From Eledone cirrhosa (taxonomy: Eukaryota): a DNA stretch of 64,000 bases. The notes below the pieces were generated by a model. That model had not been told where the DNA came from. It saw only the letters and a list, made by a program, of their open reading frames with translations, and did no database searches. Position numbers and translations under genes: made by a program. Below are positions 41,601 to 53,745 of this stretch, piece after piece. The first letter of the stretch is position 1, and each line of letters starts with the position of its first letter. The stretch is from contig OZ024742.1 in NCBI GenBank assembly GCA_964016885.1, forward strand, positions 297,786,001 to 297,850,000. The letters are read 5' to 3'.

Positions 41601-42300
41601 CCTCAGCTCATTCATAGATAATGGTAAACAAGAATTCTTTGGTGCAGGGCTAGAAGGACAGTAGTAGTAATGGGAGAGTTTGTTGGAGCTGGTATGGGCT
41701 AGCAGGACAGTAATGGCAGAGTTTATTGGGGCTGGTAATGGGTGAAGACAGGTTTGATTGGTCGAATAGCTTATGGTGGTGAGTGGGGGTGGAGGGGGAG
41801 ATTGTGAGATAGGTAGCCATCATGGTGTACATCATCACAGAAGATTCGGGGAAAATAAGCAGATACAACTAGGCATATTCGACAAGGCGAGTATGTGAGA
41901 ATTTCGAAGATGGTCACCTAGCTTCATCAACACTGAAATGAATTAGTAGGAGAAAAGGGAGAGAATGGCAGAGCTTAGGGATGAGTTCGTAGAGAAACAG
42001 ACAATGTCCAATGTGGTGAATTTTGAAAACAAGGTCGAAGTATATATGCTGTGGAATATATATATGTGTGTGTGTGTGCGTATTTGTGTGTATGTATATG
42101 TGTATGTAGTAAAATATTGGTGAATGTGTAAAAAGGAAAACAAAAAAAAGTGCTCAATTTGGAGTGAAAGCTGAACCCTAGGTCATGATTTTGACTGCTC
42201 CTCCATCTATTCTGCACCACCATGCAATATCTATCTGGAGAGATGGCCACAATTAAACCTTGCAACCTAAGTTAGTGTCTTGTTCTCTGTATGAACATAA

Positions 42301-45300
42301 ATCATCATCATCATCATCATCACCGTTTTACGTCCGTTCTTCCACGCTAGCATGGGTTAGACTGGTTATCCTGTTGTGGGCAGTGTCTGGTCGGCTGACC
42401 TTGTCTTGCTCATACAGTAACTGATTCTGGTTTGATTTTTACAGCTGGATGCCCTTCCTAACACCAACGTCATTTACAGTGAGTGCTGGGTGATTTTTTT
42501 ACCGTGGCACCTACACGTCCACTTTACAGTGTGGGCTGGGTGATTTTTTGCCGTGACACCTCCACGACCACTTTGCAGTGAGAGGGGGTGGGAGCATATT
42601 GTCGATATGCTTCAGCTTCGGCTTATACCCATGGGAAGTCAGCTCTTCTGTATTACTGCATGATGCCAGGGGTCATGGTCCTGTGTCATCCCGTTTGAGA
42701 GGTGTAATTGGGTAAGTTCGGCTTTTATCACCTCGTCCCAGGTCTTCTTGGGTCTCCCCACTCTGCTGTTTCCTTCGACTTCTAGTGCTCTGCACCTTTT
42801 TATGTAGCTGTCATCCTTCATACGCATCACATGTCCATACCTACGCAGCCGCCTCTCCTGCACACAGCGTTTGATTCCTCTTAAGCTCAGTCTCTCTCTC
42901 AATTCATTTATGCTTTGCCGTTCGCGTATATTACTATTACACATCCATCGGAGCATGCAGGCTTCTTTCTTTCTAATCTACGTAAGTCTTCCACCTTCAG
43001 CGTCCAGGTCTCACTACCATGAAAAATTGCTGTTCGGATGCACGCATCATACAGTCTGCCTTTCATTTTGAGGGATAAACCTTTTTCAGCTAGCAGTGGC
43101 AGTAGCTTCCTGAACTTCTTCCATCCCATTCTTACCCTGGTTACTGTACTTTCTGAACACCCACCTCCGCTGCTAATTCGGTCACCTAGGTAGCAGAAGC
43201 TGTCTACTGTTTTTACAGAGCCTCCCAGAGATTGGTGGTACTTGTTTCCTGTGGCTGTTTGCTGCTTGCTGTCTCGGTGCAGCTGCTACATGTGAAGCCT
43301 ACTTTCTTAATTAAGCTTCCTGAGATCCCGCTACATCTCTTGTGTACCCATTGTTTGCATTTGGGGCAGAGAATAGAGTTCCTACCTACACCTTTCCTAC
43401 ATACCGAGCAAGGCCATTTCCCTGAGGGGATCTGGGTTCTGTTTTCTCATCTACTTACATGGACCTTAGTCTTTGTCAGGTTGACTTTGAGACCCTTTCT
43501 TTCTAGTCCCTGCTTCCAAGTTTCCATAGATTCAGCTATAAGTGCGAGGTCATCTGCATACAGGAGTTCCCATGGGCATCCGGTCTTAAACTTCTCTGTT
43601 ATTGCCTGCAGGACTATGATGAACAGGAGAGGGCTAAGAACAGAGCCCTCCTGGTGGACACCGACCTGTACGCTAAATTCCTCGCTATACTCATTGCTAA
43701 TCCTAACTTTGCTGACTGCTTGTACAGCTTTCACAAGCCATTCTTCTACTCCTAGTTTTCTAAGAGCCCACCAGATTGTAGCACGTGGAACTCTGTCAAA
43801 GGCTTTCTCCAGATCGACGAATGCCAGGTAGAGTGGCTTAGTTTTAGCTAGGAAGCTTTCCTGTAACTCCCTCACAAGGAAGAGGGCATCAGTGGTGCCT
43901 CTTCCTGGTACAAACCCAAATTGCATCTCATCTAGTTTCACCCGGTCCCTAATCAACTGCGCTATAACTCTTTCTGTTACTTTCATGACCTGGTCCATCA
44001 GCTTTATACCTCTATAGTTTCCTCTATCTAGTGCATCATCTTTACCTTAGTAGCAGTTGACAATGATGCTACTGCACCAATCCTTTGGTATGACACCTTC
44101 TAGTATTACCTGGTTAACAATACGTGTGGTTATAGTGTGACTTACCGACCCAGAAGCCTTCAGCATCTCGTCAGCTATACCTGATGGACCGGTTGCCTTC
44201 CCCATCTTCATATCTTTGATTGCTTTACTTACTACGCTGCTGCTGACTTGTACTGCTGGCCCCTCTATAGGGTCTCTTCTTCCCATGCATTCTCCTCATT
44301 TAGTAATCTATCATAATGACTCTTCCATGCATCTTTCTTCTCAGCACTTGTGAGGGCAAGCTCACCTTTATCATTCCGGATACACTTCTCTCCAATGACA
44401 TCACAATTATCTCTGTCACACTGCCTCGCAATCTTGAACACCTCCTGTTTCTGGTCCTCACGTTGCAAAACATGCTTGAATTTTCTATCCTCTGCTTCCC
44501 TTCTAGCTAAGTATACTTGTCACCCAGCTTCCCTCCTGGTCTCTATGTAATGTACCCTGTTTACCCCGTTCTTCCATTCTTTCCATGCCTGTCTCTTGGC
44601 CTTAACTGCCTCATCTACCTTATTGTTCCACCATCAAGTCACTCTCCTCCTGCCTGTGGTCTTACTCCAGCCACAGATCTCATTCGTCGCCTCTAGTAAG
44701 TTATTTTTTAGGAATTCCCAGTGCTCTTCTGCATTGAATGTCTCTATCTGTTCTTCTTTACTGTTGTAGGCATTGAGTAAAATATCTTTAAATCTGTTAC
44801 TGGCTGAGGGGTCTTTCAGCTTCCAGATCTTTCTTCTCCAGGTTGGCCTCTGTTTCCAGGTTCGTCTAGTTCTGACCGTGAGGTCGCTGACAACTAAGCT
44901 ATGTTGGGAGGTACATTCCTCACTAGGGAAGGCTTTTGTGTTTATGACCATCCATCTGTCATGACTAGAATGCTCCCCTGATCTATAGGTGATCAGATGA
45001 TTGTCAGGTTTTTTTAAGTTTGTGTTACATATCGACATGTCATTGGCCTCGAAGAATTCTAGAAGCCTGAATCCTTCTTCATTTCTTGTGCCAACCCCGT
45101 GGCCTCCATGGACTCTATTGAAGCCATCACAGTGTTTACCTACATGTCCGTTAAAATCTCCTGCAATGATTAGGAAGTCATTGTCATTTGTTAGAGCAGT
45201 AGTGTGCATTAGGGACTCATAAAACCTATCCTTAAGTTCGTCTGGCAACCCCGATTGGGGTGCGTAAGCTGATATTATTGTGGTAATTGTTTTATTCAGG

Positions 45301-45425
45301 ACTAGTCTGAGTTTAATGATTCTTGCATTCACTCTGTTCACTGAGATTAATTTATCTACCCATTTGTCAGCTAGTAGAATACGTACACCACCCATCCCAT
45401 CGTCATTTCCCACCCAGAAAAAATG
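42301..45425 (-). mobile_element. RTE LINE copy 2 (APE + RT + PHD), 5'-truncated, head-to-tail with copy 1
   Basis: SAYAPQ, GDFNGHVG, NYRGIKL, QFGFVPGRGTTDA, FVDLEKAFDRVPR, LLYADDL, FCYLGD and GRPKKTW motifs; 3' UTR with about 50-bp tandem repeats and a (CAT)n tail. Confidence 0.95.
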
Positions 45426-45534
45426 AATATTATAATCTATTTGTATAGGTAAATTGGCTGCTGGTGCAATGAGAGAATACACCTGGTGCACTATGTAAAG
45501 TAGTTGACATTAGGAAAGGCACACTGCTAAATTC

Positions 45535-45740
45535 AATCTCTCTGTGGTTGAGTTCACAAGAGCAATTAAAGAGCTTGAATGTAGGAAGGCCACTGAGGAG
45601 GAGGAAATTCAACCTGAGACATTAAAAGCCTTATATAGAGAAGGTATCTTCTGGCTGCCTCATGTGTGTCAAGTGACCTGGATCTCTGGAGAGGCACCTA
45701 AGAAATGCCAATCAGGAGTGGTAATCCAAATTTTCAAAAT
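45535..45740 (+). mobile_element. Rex3/Expander-like RTE fragment (pre-RT region)
   Basis: ISVVEFTRAIKEL..RKA..EEIQPETLKAL..EGIFWL..VCQVTW.SGEAPK.CQSGVVIQIFK matches the KAPGxDEI-PE-LK...W..G..P..W..GVV.P.FK pattern. Confidence 0.7.
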
Positions 45741-46214
45741 TAGATTAATCCTCCAAGACTGCTGAAATGCACAACCACCATTAAAAAGTGTAGGGGAGAG
45801 CAACTCTCAAGCTGTAACTGAAATTAAATTGCTTGCCCCTACTGTCTGTGATCACTACCAGAATTTATATATTCCACAGTGATGAAAAAGCAAAATATAG
45901 TGAAATAGAAATAGATAAGAACTGAGTAAACAAATGCTGAAGTATGATGGCCGACTCACTAATGTATAGAACTAAAATGGTAGTGGAGACAGTGTTGAAG
46001 TAAAAAAGTAAGAAATAGGAATTGGCCTAGAAGATGAAAATTTCATTTTATGCTAACTGGATAATGCAGAAATAGATACTGGATGCTGTAATAAACAAAC
46101 AGATAACATTCATTTGGATAACAAAGATTAAATATAAACTATAATATTAATAAATATATATCTTAATATGGAAGGTTAGATGATATAAGAAAACTAATAA
46201 ACAGCAACAGTATA

Positions 46215-46950
46215 GCTGTGGTCATTTCCAACCGACCAAATCAACCACACGAGGTCAAATCCTATGTGGGTATTGTGGAGGGCCGATTTAAGGAACGCTT
46301 CCTGAACCATCAGACGACCTTTAGGTACTCAGACAAATGATCATCCATGAAATTTGCGAGCCATGTATGGTCCCTCAAGGACTCAAGTATAGACTACTCC
46401 CTTCAATGGAAAGTCATCACTAAGTCCAAGCCATGGACTATGTATTAATGAACAGATACATATTCTAAAGAGATTACGCAATAGCAATTCTTCACATGTT
46501 GTCCACATGTCTGGAAACACCTCTTACATAACTACAAAGCTCCGGATTGAATAACTACATCCTAATTTTCTTATCAACTAGAACCTTTTTGGACTTTCGC
46601 AGTTATCTCCCTTACACCTCTCACATGCAGTTTTGTATTACCTGGCTGAAGTGACCGTTTCTACGCATACGCGTTCATATGGTTGTCCTTCCTGTTCCGT
46701 ATAACCATATCCATTACAAGCTGAGGATCCGCTAAGGTAAAACAATTGTTCTCAGTATGGTGAACTAACTGTTGTGTTACCACTTCTACCTAACTCGTCC
46801 CATGGACTGAATGCTCTACCACTACAGATATTACCTTCCAGTATTCTACCTCTCTCTCTATATATATATACACAAACATACATACATATCTCTCTCTCGC
46901 TGCGTTGAAGCATCTGAGACCCACAGCAGACACCTGAAGAGGGGAAATGT
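46215..46950 (+). mobile_element. Penelope-like element 3' fragment (GIY-YIG endonuclease end + terminal repeat region)
   Basis: KSYVGIVEGRFKERFLNHQTTFRYSDK*SSMKFASHVWSLKD..IDYSLQWKVI...LCINEQIHIL...CPHVWKHLL, ending TGA at 46548-50; a hammerhead-like motif follows. Confidence 0.8.
46711..46760 (+). ncRNA. Minimal type I hammerhead ribozyme relic (Penelope-type)
   Basis: Stem I ccattacaag/ctcagtatgg with an internal loop, CTGAGGA core (46721-27), short stem II cc/gg, aAAA in place of GAAA, palindromic stem III ACAATTGT. Confidence 0.6.
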
Positions 46951-47401
46951 CTGTGTTTTCCTTTATTCTCTATACTATATATTTATATATATATCATCAT
47001 CAACGTTTAACATCTATCTTCCATGCTAGCATGGGTTTATATATATATATATATTCCCCCCTTGATTACTTAAAGCTAATTCATTCAAATTTGTATTTCT
47101 TACAATATATTTTCATGTATTAAAAGATTTCAAATAAAGTTTGTCTATTTTCAAAAGTAAGCTAATTTTACATCTAACACAAATTCAATTGCATTCACTC
47201 CTATTTCATGCTCGAGCCATATTTTATATTTAGCATAATGAAATTTATTTATTATGCAGACTGGTCATTGTAAGACAGCTGTGATATTAATATATAACTC
47301 AATTGGAGTTATTTTTATTCTTTTACTGATTTCAGTCAGTTTAGTGTGGCCATTCTGGGAAACCATTTGAAAGGGATTCAGCTAATAATATTGCACTAGA
47401 T

Positions 47402-47568
47402 CAGTGGTTCCCAAAGTGGGTTCTGCAAAGGAATGTCTGGGGTTCTGTTAAAAAAGGTAGAAGAGTATATTTATATTATGCCCATATAACAGTGTTAAGC
47501 TTTGGGGTTCCCCCAAAAGATTCTGAACTAAAAAAGGTTCTGCATTTGAAAAGGTTTGGGAAACCCTG
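47402..47568. mobile_element. hAT (Charlie-type) MITE, 167 bp
   Basis: TIRs cagtggttcccaaa / tttgggaaaccctg; exact 8-bp TSD cactagat at 47394-47401 and 47569-47576. Confidence 0.9.
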
Positions 47569-47749
47569 CACTAGATACTTATCTTTTTCATGTCTGTTAT
47601 TTATTTTATCAATCACTTTTTGTCGAACCGCTACATTATGTCACTCACACACACATGTTGTGTTAGACCAATTTCTTGATTCAAATAGATGTAAATAAAA
47701 ATAAAATGTTTAATAAATGGCAGAAGGTTATATATTTTGGATTGATTGA

Positions 47750-48225
47750 CTCCATAAGGCAAAGCTAACCTCGACATGATTTTAACTCAGAATATAAAAG
47801 GGTGTAACTATATGTTACAAAGCATGGTGTGTAATGCTCTACCCTTACTGCCAATCCACTGCCCTTAATGGTTTCTGATTTAGACTCAAGGCCAACAATT
47901 TTGGGGGCATGGAAATTCAATTAAATCAACCCGTGTTTAACTGGTATTATATATTATCAAATTATATATTGCCATTCTGAGTTCAAATACCGCTGAGGTT
48001 AACTTTGCCTTTCATCCTTACGGGATCGATAAAATAAAGTACCAGTAATGCACTGGTTAATTGTTGGCCTTGTGCCTAACGTAGAAACAATTATATATTA
48101 TCAAACCTGTAAGGATGAAAGGCAAAGCTAACCTAGGTGTGATTTGAACACAGAATGTAAAAGGGCGAAATTCTATACCACAAAGCATGTTGACTAACAA
48201 TCTACCAATACTGCCAATCCACCAC
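47750..48225. mobile_element. Cluster of nested family 1 SINEs
   Basis: Minus-strand head at 47750-47865; a minus-strand SINE at 47868-48225 is interrupted by a plus-strand truncated copy at 47961-48090 with a 14-bp duplication ttatatattatcaa. Confidence 0.8.
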
Positions 48226-49787
48226 AATTTAAATAATAATAATAACAATAATAGCAACTGGTTCCTGGACCCATTGATCCAGTTCATTTACTTACATCTC
48301 TTTGTTCTTTTGGAAATTAATTTGTTTAATCAAGTTGATTTTCTTAATGTTAATTATATATTAAGAAATTCCTATTTTGTGTGATTAATCACAACTTTAG
48401 TGTAAAGTAAAGGTTACAACTATTCAAAATAGCTATGGTGTGATCGTAGATTGATTATTTTGGATGATTTTGTTTATAGATTTTACTTTGGTTATGGTAA
48501 GCTTCAGACAAAATAGCCTTCTTACTGTTTGAGAGAAGTAGATCTCTAATCTGGGGTGCCACATGTTGCAACACATTCTCCACTTCCAGACTCGTTGGTT
48601 TGACCACAAAGCCAGGCACTGCCACTCGTGATGTGAAAGAATGGAACATATAGCCAAATGCTGGATTTTACTAACTGCTTCCTCTTCCTACTGTCTCTAA
48701 ACTGCTGGCTGTTTTCATTCCACAAAATTAGGAGGAATGCTTCCTGCCAGAAGCAGAAGCTTCATGAGACAGAGTTGCTGATGCATGGGGTATTGTGGGC
48801 TGTTCTTTGTAGCAATGCCTTCATCATTTTGTCTGCAGGGCAGAGCTGAGATATGCCACCTAAACTGGGGTGTAGAGTCTGCTACTTCCTAGTCCTTATC
48901 CCCTACTTCCACTATGTTTTTTTCTCTTTTTTTTATTGAACACATTATACAATCCAATTGCAATTTGTTAAATTGTTGAATGGTTTTGTCAAAATAAATA
49001 TTAAGAAGTAAATTGGCAGAATTGTTAGAACATCAGACAGAATGCCTTGAGGCATTGAATTCTGTATCTTGGTTCACATGAAAATCATTAAAAGGATTAC
49101 AAAAGTTTCCTAAGTGACTACAGTCAAATGATAAGAGCAAAACAATTTATAAAACACCCACAAAGTTCTAGCACTGATATTATTGGTATTGCAACTATAT
49201 TGTTATTTTTTAAATATTTGTTTAGTTTATAGACAGGGAAAAAAGGGTTGTGCCTATCACACTTCTTTCCAGAACCTCTGAGATTGGTAGGAGTTAGGGA
49301 GGGAAGCTATCCTCAAACTAGGGATCTGATCTGAATGCTTTCAATGGAGTTAATTCCGTTAAAGGCCCCCATGTCTCATAGGGAGGGTCTTAAATTTCCC
49401 ATTTAAGTAATCCACAACTGGATTTGAACTCAGAGCTCAGAAAGTCGGAACAAATACTACAAGGTATTTTTTTACTAATTCACTGATATCATACTGGTAA
49501 ACAAGACAAAACTGAAATATATAGATCTTTTAACTCTCCATATCACACAGAAAGTGTTGACATTTGTATTTGTTCCCAGGATACATCAGTGAGCAGAGGA
49601 AGAAAAATATGGATCTTAACTGATAGAGAGAGTCTTGGTGAGGTAAAGTTATGCCAGTCTTAAAAGTCAAAGTATTAACCCTCTGAGATAGTGACAGGAT
49701 GGTGGGTTTTGATTTTGAATAACCAATGTTTACATTAAGTATATGTCACATATGGACTCTTAATTTTTCTTGCCACGAAACTCTACT

Positions 49788-49789
<2 letters not shown>

Positions 49790-49867
<78 letters not shown>
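49790..49867. repeat. (GA)n microsatellite
   Basis: Direct reading of the sequence. Confidence 0.97.
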
Positions 49868-49870
<3 letters not shown>

Positions 49871-51329
49871 AGACTACAATAATGTTGTACTGGCATTGTG
49901 TCAACCTTGAAAGGAAGAAAGGCAATGTTGATCACAGTAACATTTGAACTCAGGGCATAGTGAGTTGGGACAAATACCAAGGCACTTTTAATTAACTGGC
50001 TAGCTATATTTTTAGATTCAGAAAAGAAAAGAAGCAGATCCTATAATCATAAACTAGTTGCCATATGTTCTCTAAAAATATGTTTCTTTTGGTTCTGTAA
50101 CAAGGAAGGATTGTTAGATGAAGTTCATTTTCAGGCCCTAAGCACTTAATAGATTATAGCGCCCCTCTTTTTTGCTGCCTTCACCATGTGCTTATTTTGC
50201 TTAATAATTAATCAAGCCTTGTGAGGAAGGAGTTGCACACATGACTTTGACATCAGCAGGCTGGTGACATTGATTTGGTTGGTTCTTAACTTGATTATCA
50301 TTAAATCAATGATTGCAGGTAGAAAATGAATGGGTGGTGGATGGTTTGAATTTCAGGAGCTTGATGTTCCAGAGAAGAAGCATTTGGAAGTGCTGGTTAG
50401 TTCTGGGCTTAGAATGTATACACAGAATTAAGTATGTGTGTGTTGGATGGGTTTTAATGAAGATGGTATGAATTTAATTAGTTCTGAGAAGTAAGAACTG
50501 GTGTAGAGCTTTGTAGAGGGTCAGCAACACATAGACTTTCAAAATTGCCTACAGTCCCTTGGTATTACAATCTCTGATGATACCTTTATTATAACAACAC
50601 ATCTCCAATTTTGGCAAAATTGCTTTCCTAATGCTTGGCTTCTTCTGTGTGGTCAGAAAATACTTCAAACCTAAACATTTTCAAAATCTCTACAAAACTC
50701 ATATGAGATTATGTTGTTGCTACATAACATACAAAAACATTTTACATTTTGTCATAATATTTATAAAGATGGTGGAATAACCATGAATGAACAAGGCATG
50801 TTATTCAACAATGTCCTGTCTCAGATTGTCCCAACCTGTCCAACCCATGCAACCATGGAAAATGGATATAAAATGACGATGGTACTTTCCAAATGATGTA
50901 CGTAGTTCCAAAGTGTTTATTTGAAAGTCTTTCTGTATTGAGACTCTATAATGATTAAAATCAATATTTGATGTATCTATAGTTGTAAATGATATAAAAT
51001 TTATCTTCCGATTGTAACTAAATTATAGAAAATATCAGCCTTTCAAAAGTTATATAGTTAATGATCTGATGATGAAAGTAATTTGCTGTAAATATGTATT
51101 TCTGGATTACTTTTAAACACTTTATTAAAATTTCAATAAATCATACAGCTTATATTTTTTCAGATAGGATATATATGAAATATATTGATAGAAGTAGGCC
51201 TGGTTCTAGGGTATTTTGTTTTCCTATTCATGAACATATTTCTAGATAGACTGGTCATATAATTCAATTTATTTTCTATATAAAGAAACATTTGGTGGAG
51301 GCTCTTGTAAAATATCTGTAAATATATAA

Positions 51330-52570
51330 TTAAGGACATGAAAGTAGGAAAGGCAGCTGGATCATCTGGTATAGTCACTGAGATGCTAAACACATTTTGC
51401 ATGATAGGGTAAGAGCTAGTCAGATGCATAATTAATCAAGTAGAACTGAATGTTGTCATATCCAATGAATAGGCAGTTAGGATTTATGCCAGGTAGGGAT
51501 ACTACTGATGGCCTCTTTCTGGTGAGACCACTACAGGAGAAGTACTTAGTTAAGAGTAAGCCACTGTATCTAGCATTTGTAAATCTGGTGAATGCCATTG
51601 ATAAGGTTCCACGCTCTATAATCTGGTAAGCACGTAGGAAACTAGGTGTAGGCAAATGGCTTGTGAGAGTTGTGTAGGCCATGTATAGAGGAGCTACCAG
51701 CTGAGTGAAAGTTGGAAATGAATAGAGTAATGAAGTTAAAGTCCTCAGTCAAGTCCTGGAGTTTAAAACTGGAACTCCATGAGCCTCCTATATGCTGATG
51801 ATGTACTCCTCATAACTGTATCCATAGGAGAGTTGGGAGCAAAATTTAAAGCATGGAAGACAAACCTAGAGTTGAAAATCCTAAAAGTAAACTTAGCAAA
51901 GATGATAGACAAAGATAGACTTTGTATGCAGCAGATGTGCAGGAGAAGTAGAGCATAAGTGAAATAAATTGCTTCAGTTGCCTGTAAAACTACTTAGAAG
52001 TAGTTGACAACTTTTGTTATTTACTTAATCAAATTAGTATTTGGGGAAGATCTGTTGAATGTGCGATAGCTAGGATAAGAATAGGTTAGAAGAGGTTTAG
52101 AGAGCTGTTACCACTGCTGACAACACATGGCTTCTCTCTCAGAGTGAAGAGTAGATTATATAAAGCCTGTGTGTAAACTGCAATGCTACATGGCTGTGAA
52201 ACATGGGCTTTGATCCCAGAAGAACTGTGGAGGCTAGGAAGAAACCGATTAAGTATGCTCTGGTGGATGTGTAATGTTAGTGTGCATGGATGACATAGCA
52301 GCTCAAGCAAACTGAGGGAACAAACTTGGCAAAAAACGAATTGGATGTAGTATTCAAGAACAAAGACTGCATTGGTATAGACATGTGATGTGTATAGAAG
52401 ATAGCAGTTGCATAAAAAAATGCAGAGAATCATCAGTGGCTGAGAGCCAGGGAGGAGTCAAACCCAAGAATAGATGAGATGAAGATGTGAAGATCAACAT
52501 TAAAAAAACTAAACCTCACAACAGGAATGACAAAGGATGGCACTTTGCTCTGTTGAAGAAGACCCAGCCA
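51330..52570 (+). mobile_element. Old RTE LINE fragment (RT to C-terminus); C-rich 3' region continues to about 53170
   Basis: IKDMKVGKAAGSSG, LGFMPGRDTTDGLF, LYLAFVNLVNAIDKVP, LLYADD, KVNLAK, residual DFVCSRC and VDNFCYL motifs; many stops and deletions. Confidence 0.85.
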
Positions 52571-53674
52571 ACAGCCCGGCTTATCCCATGTCTCCCTCTT
52601 CTAGTAGCACTCTCTAGCAACTATCCTCCCCATCACTACAACCCCCACTCCAGCGTTCTTAGCTTCTGCCCCCTCAAAAGCCCTTAGATACCCATGTTAT
52701 CACACCTTAGCAGCTACTTCTTGTCACCCATGCCCCTTCCATTAGCAGCTATCCTGACTATCACTACACACCCCTACTCCATATATACCCCCTCATGTTT
52801 TCATTCCTTAGCTGATCCCCCACCCACCCCTAGATATCTTCACTAACGCACCCACCCATGCCCCTTCAACAATCAGCTCTTCATTATTTTCTCTAGTCAC
52901 TAATTCCCCCTTCCTGTCACTGGTGAGAGCCAACCCCTACCTGAGTACTAATGACCAAACCATCCACACCACCCACCTTCACCACTTCAATATTCTCTTC
53001 ATCGCATCCTCTTTTCCACTCATCACACTGTCAAATCACCTCACACATGCCATAAATTCACATGTAGCTCCCTTCTATCAACCCCACACAAAGCAGAGGC
53101 CTCTTCATTGGAATAAAAACCAATACTGTAAGATGGTTGGTGACAGAAAGGGCACTCTGCTGTAGAAACAATGCCTATAAAAATATATATATATAATGGC
53201 AGTGCCCCAGCATGGCCTCAGCTTATCGGCTGGAACACTTAATACTGTAAAATAAATAAGGTTGAGAGGACCCTTCAGTCATTTCACAGCATGATAGCCT
53301 CCCTAATTTAAGAGTGTACATAAATGTAGCCAGTACATGCTGTAAAGGGGTTGGTAACAAGAAGGGCCTTCAGCCACAGAGAGCTTGTCAAACAAAAGAT
53401 TTTGTGAAAGACAACAATCTCTAATGTGTACTTGATAGAATGTAAGACTTGAGGAGGTGAGATGCAGACTTCCTGCCAGCGTGGGAGGTCAGTAGCCCCA
53501 CTTCAGACCCAGCCAACCCTTCTTAGTAGGGAAAGCAAACGATGGGGATGATGAAGATGATGATGGTAGTTCTGATATATATATATATCCATGATATTGA
53601 CGGACGTGAGAATGAGTACTGAGTACCAAATTTGAGTTTAAATAATCTCTATTATAGGTAAGTAATTACTCATC

Positions 53675-53745
53675 TTACTCTGGAGTTTCACCTGTGTACT
53701 CACAAATGATGATCCTGTGGGTGCACAGGTGAAACTCCAGAATAA
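53675..53745. ncRNA. Near-perfect hairpin; candidate intronic pre-miRNA or editing substrate
   Basis: 26-nt arms 53679-53704 and 53716-53741 are reverse complements at 24 of 26 positions, with an 11-nt loop and an extendable basal stem. Confidence 0.4.

Noticed and set aside
48721-48780. Minus-strand LMKLLLLAGSIPPNF resembling a 2A-like peptide (LLLLAGDxExNPGP)
   Set aside because: The essential D, E and PGP residues are absent and no convincing LINE ORF follows.
50150-50640. Possible L2/CR1 3' remnant on the minus strand (TLYKAL..., SLWN)
   Set aside because: Too decayed to support from the sequence alone.
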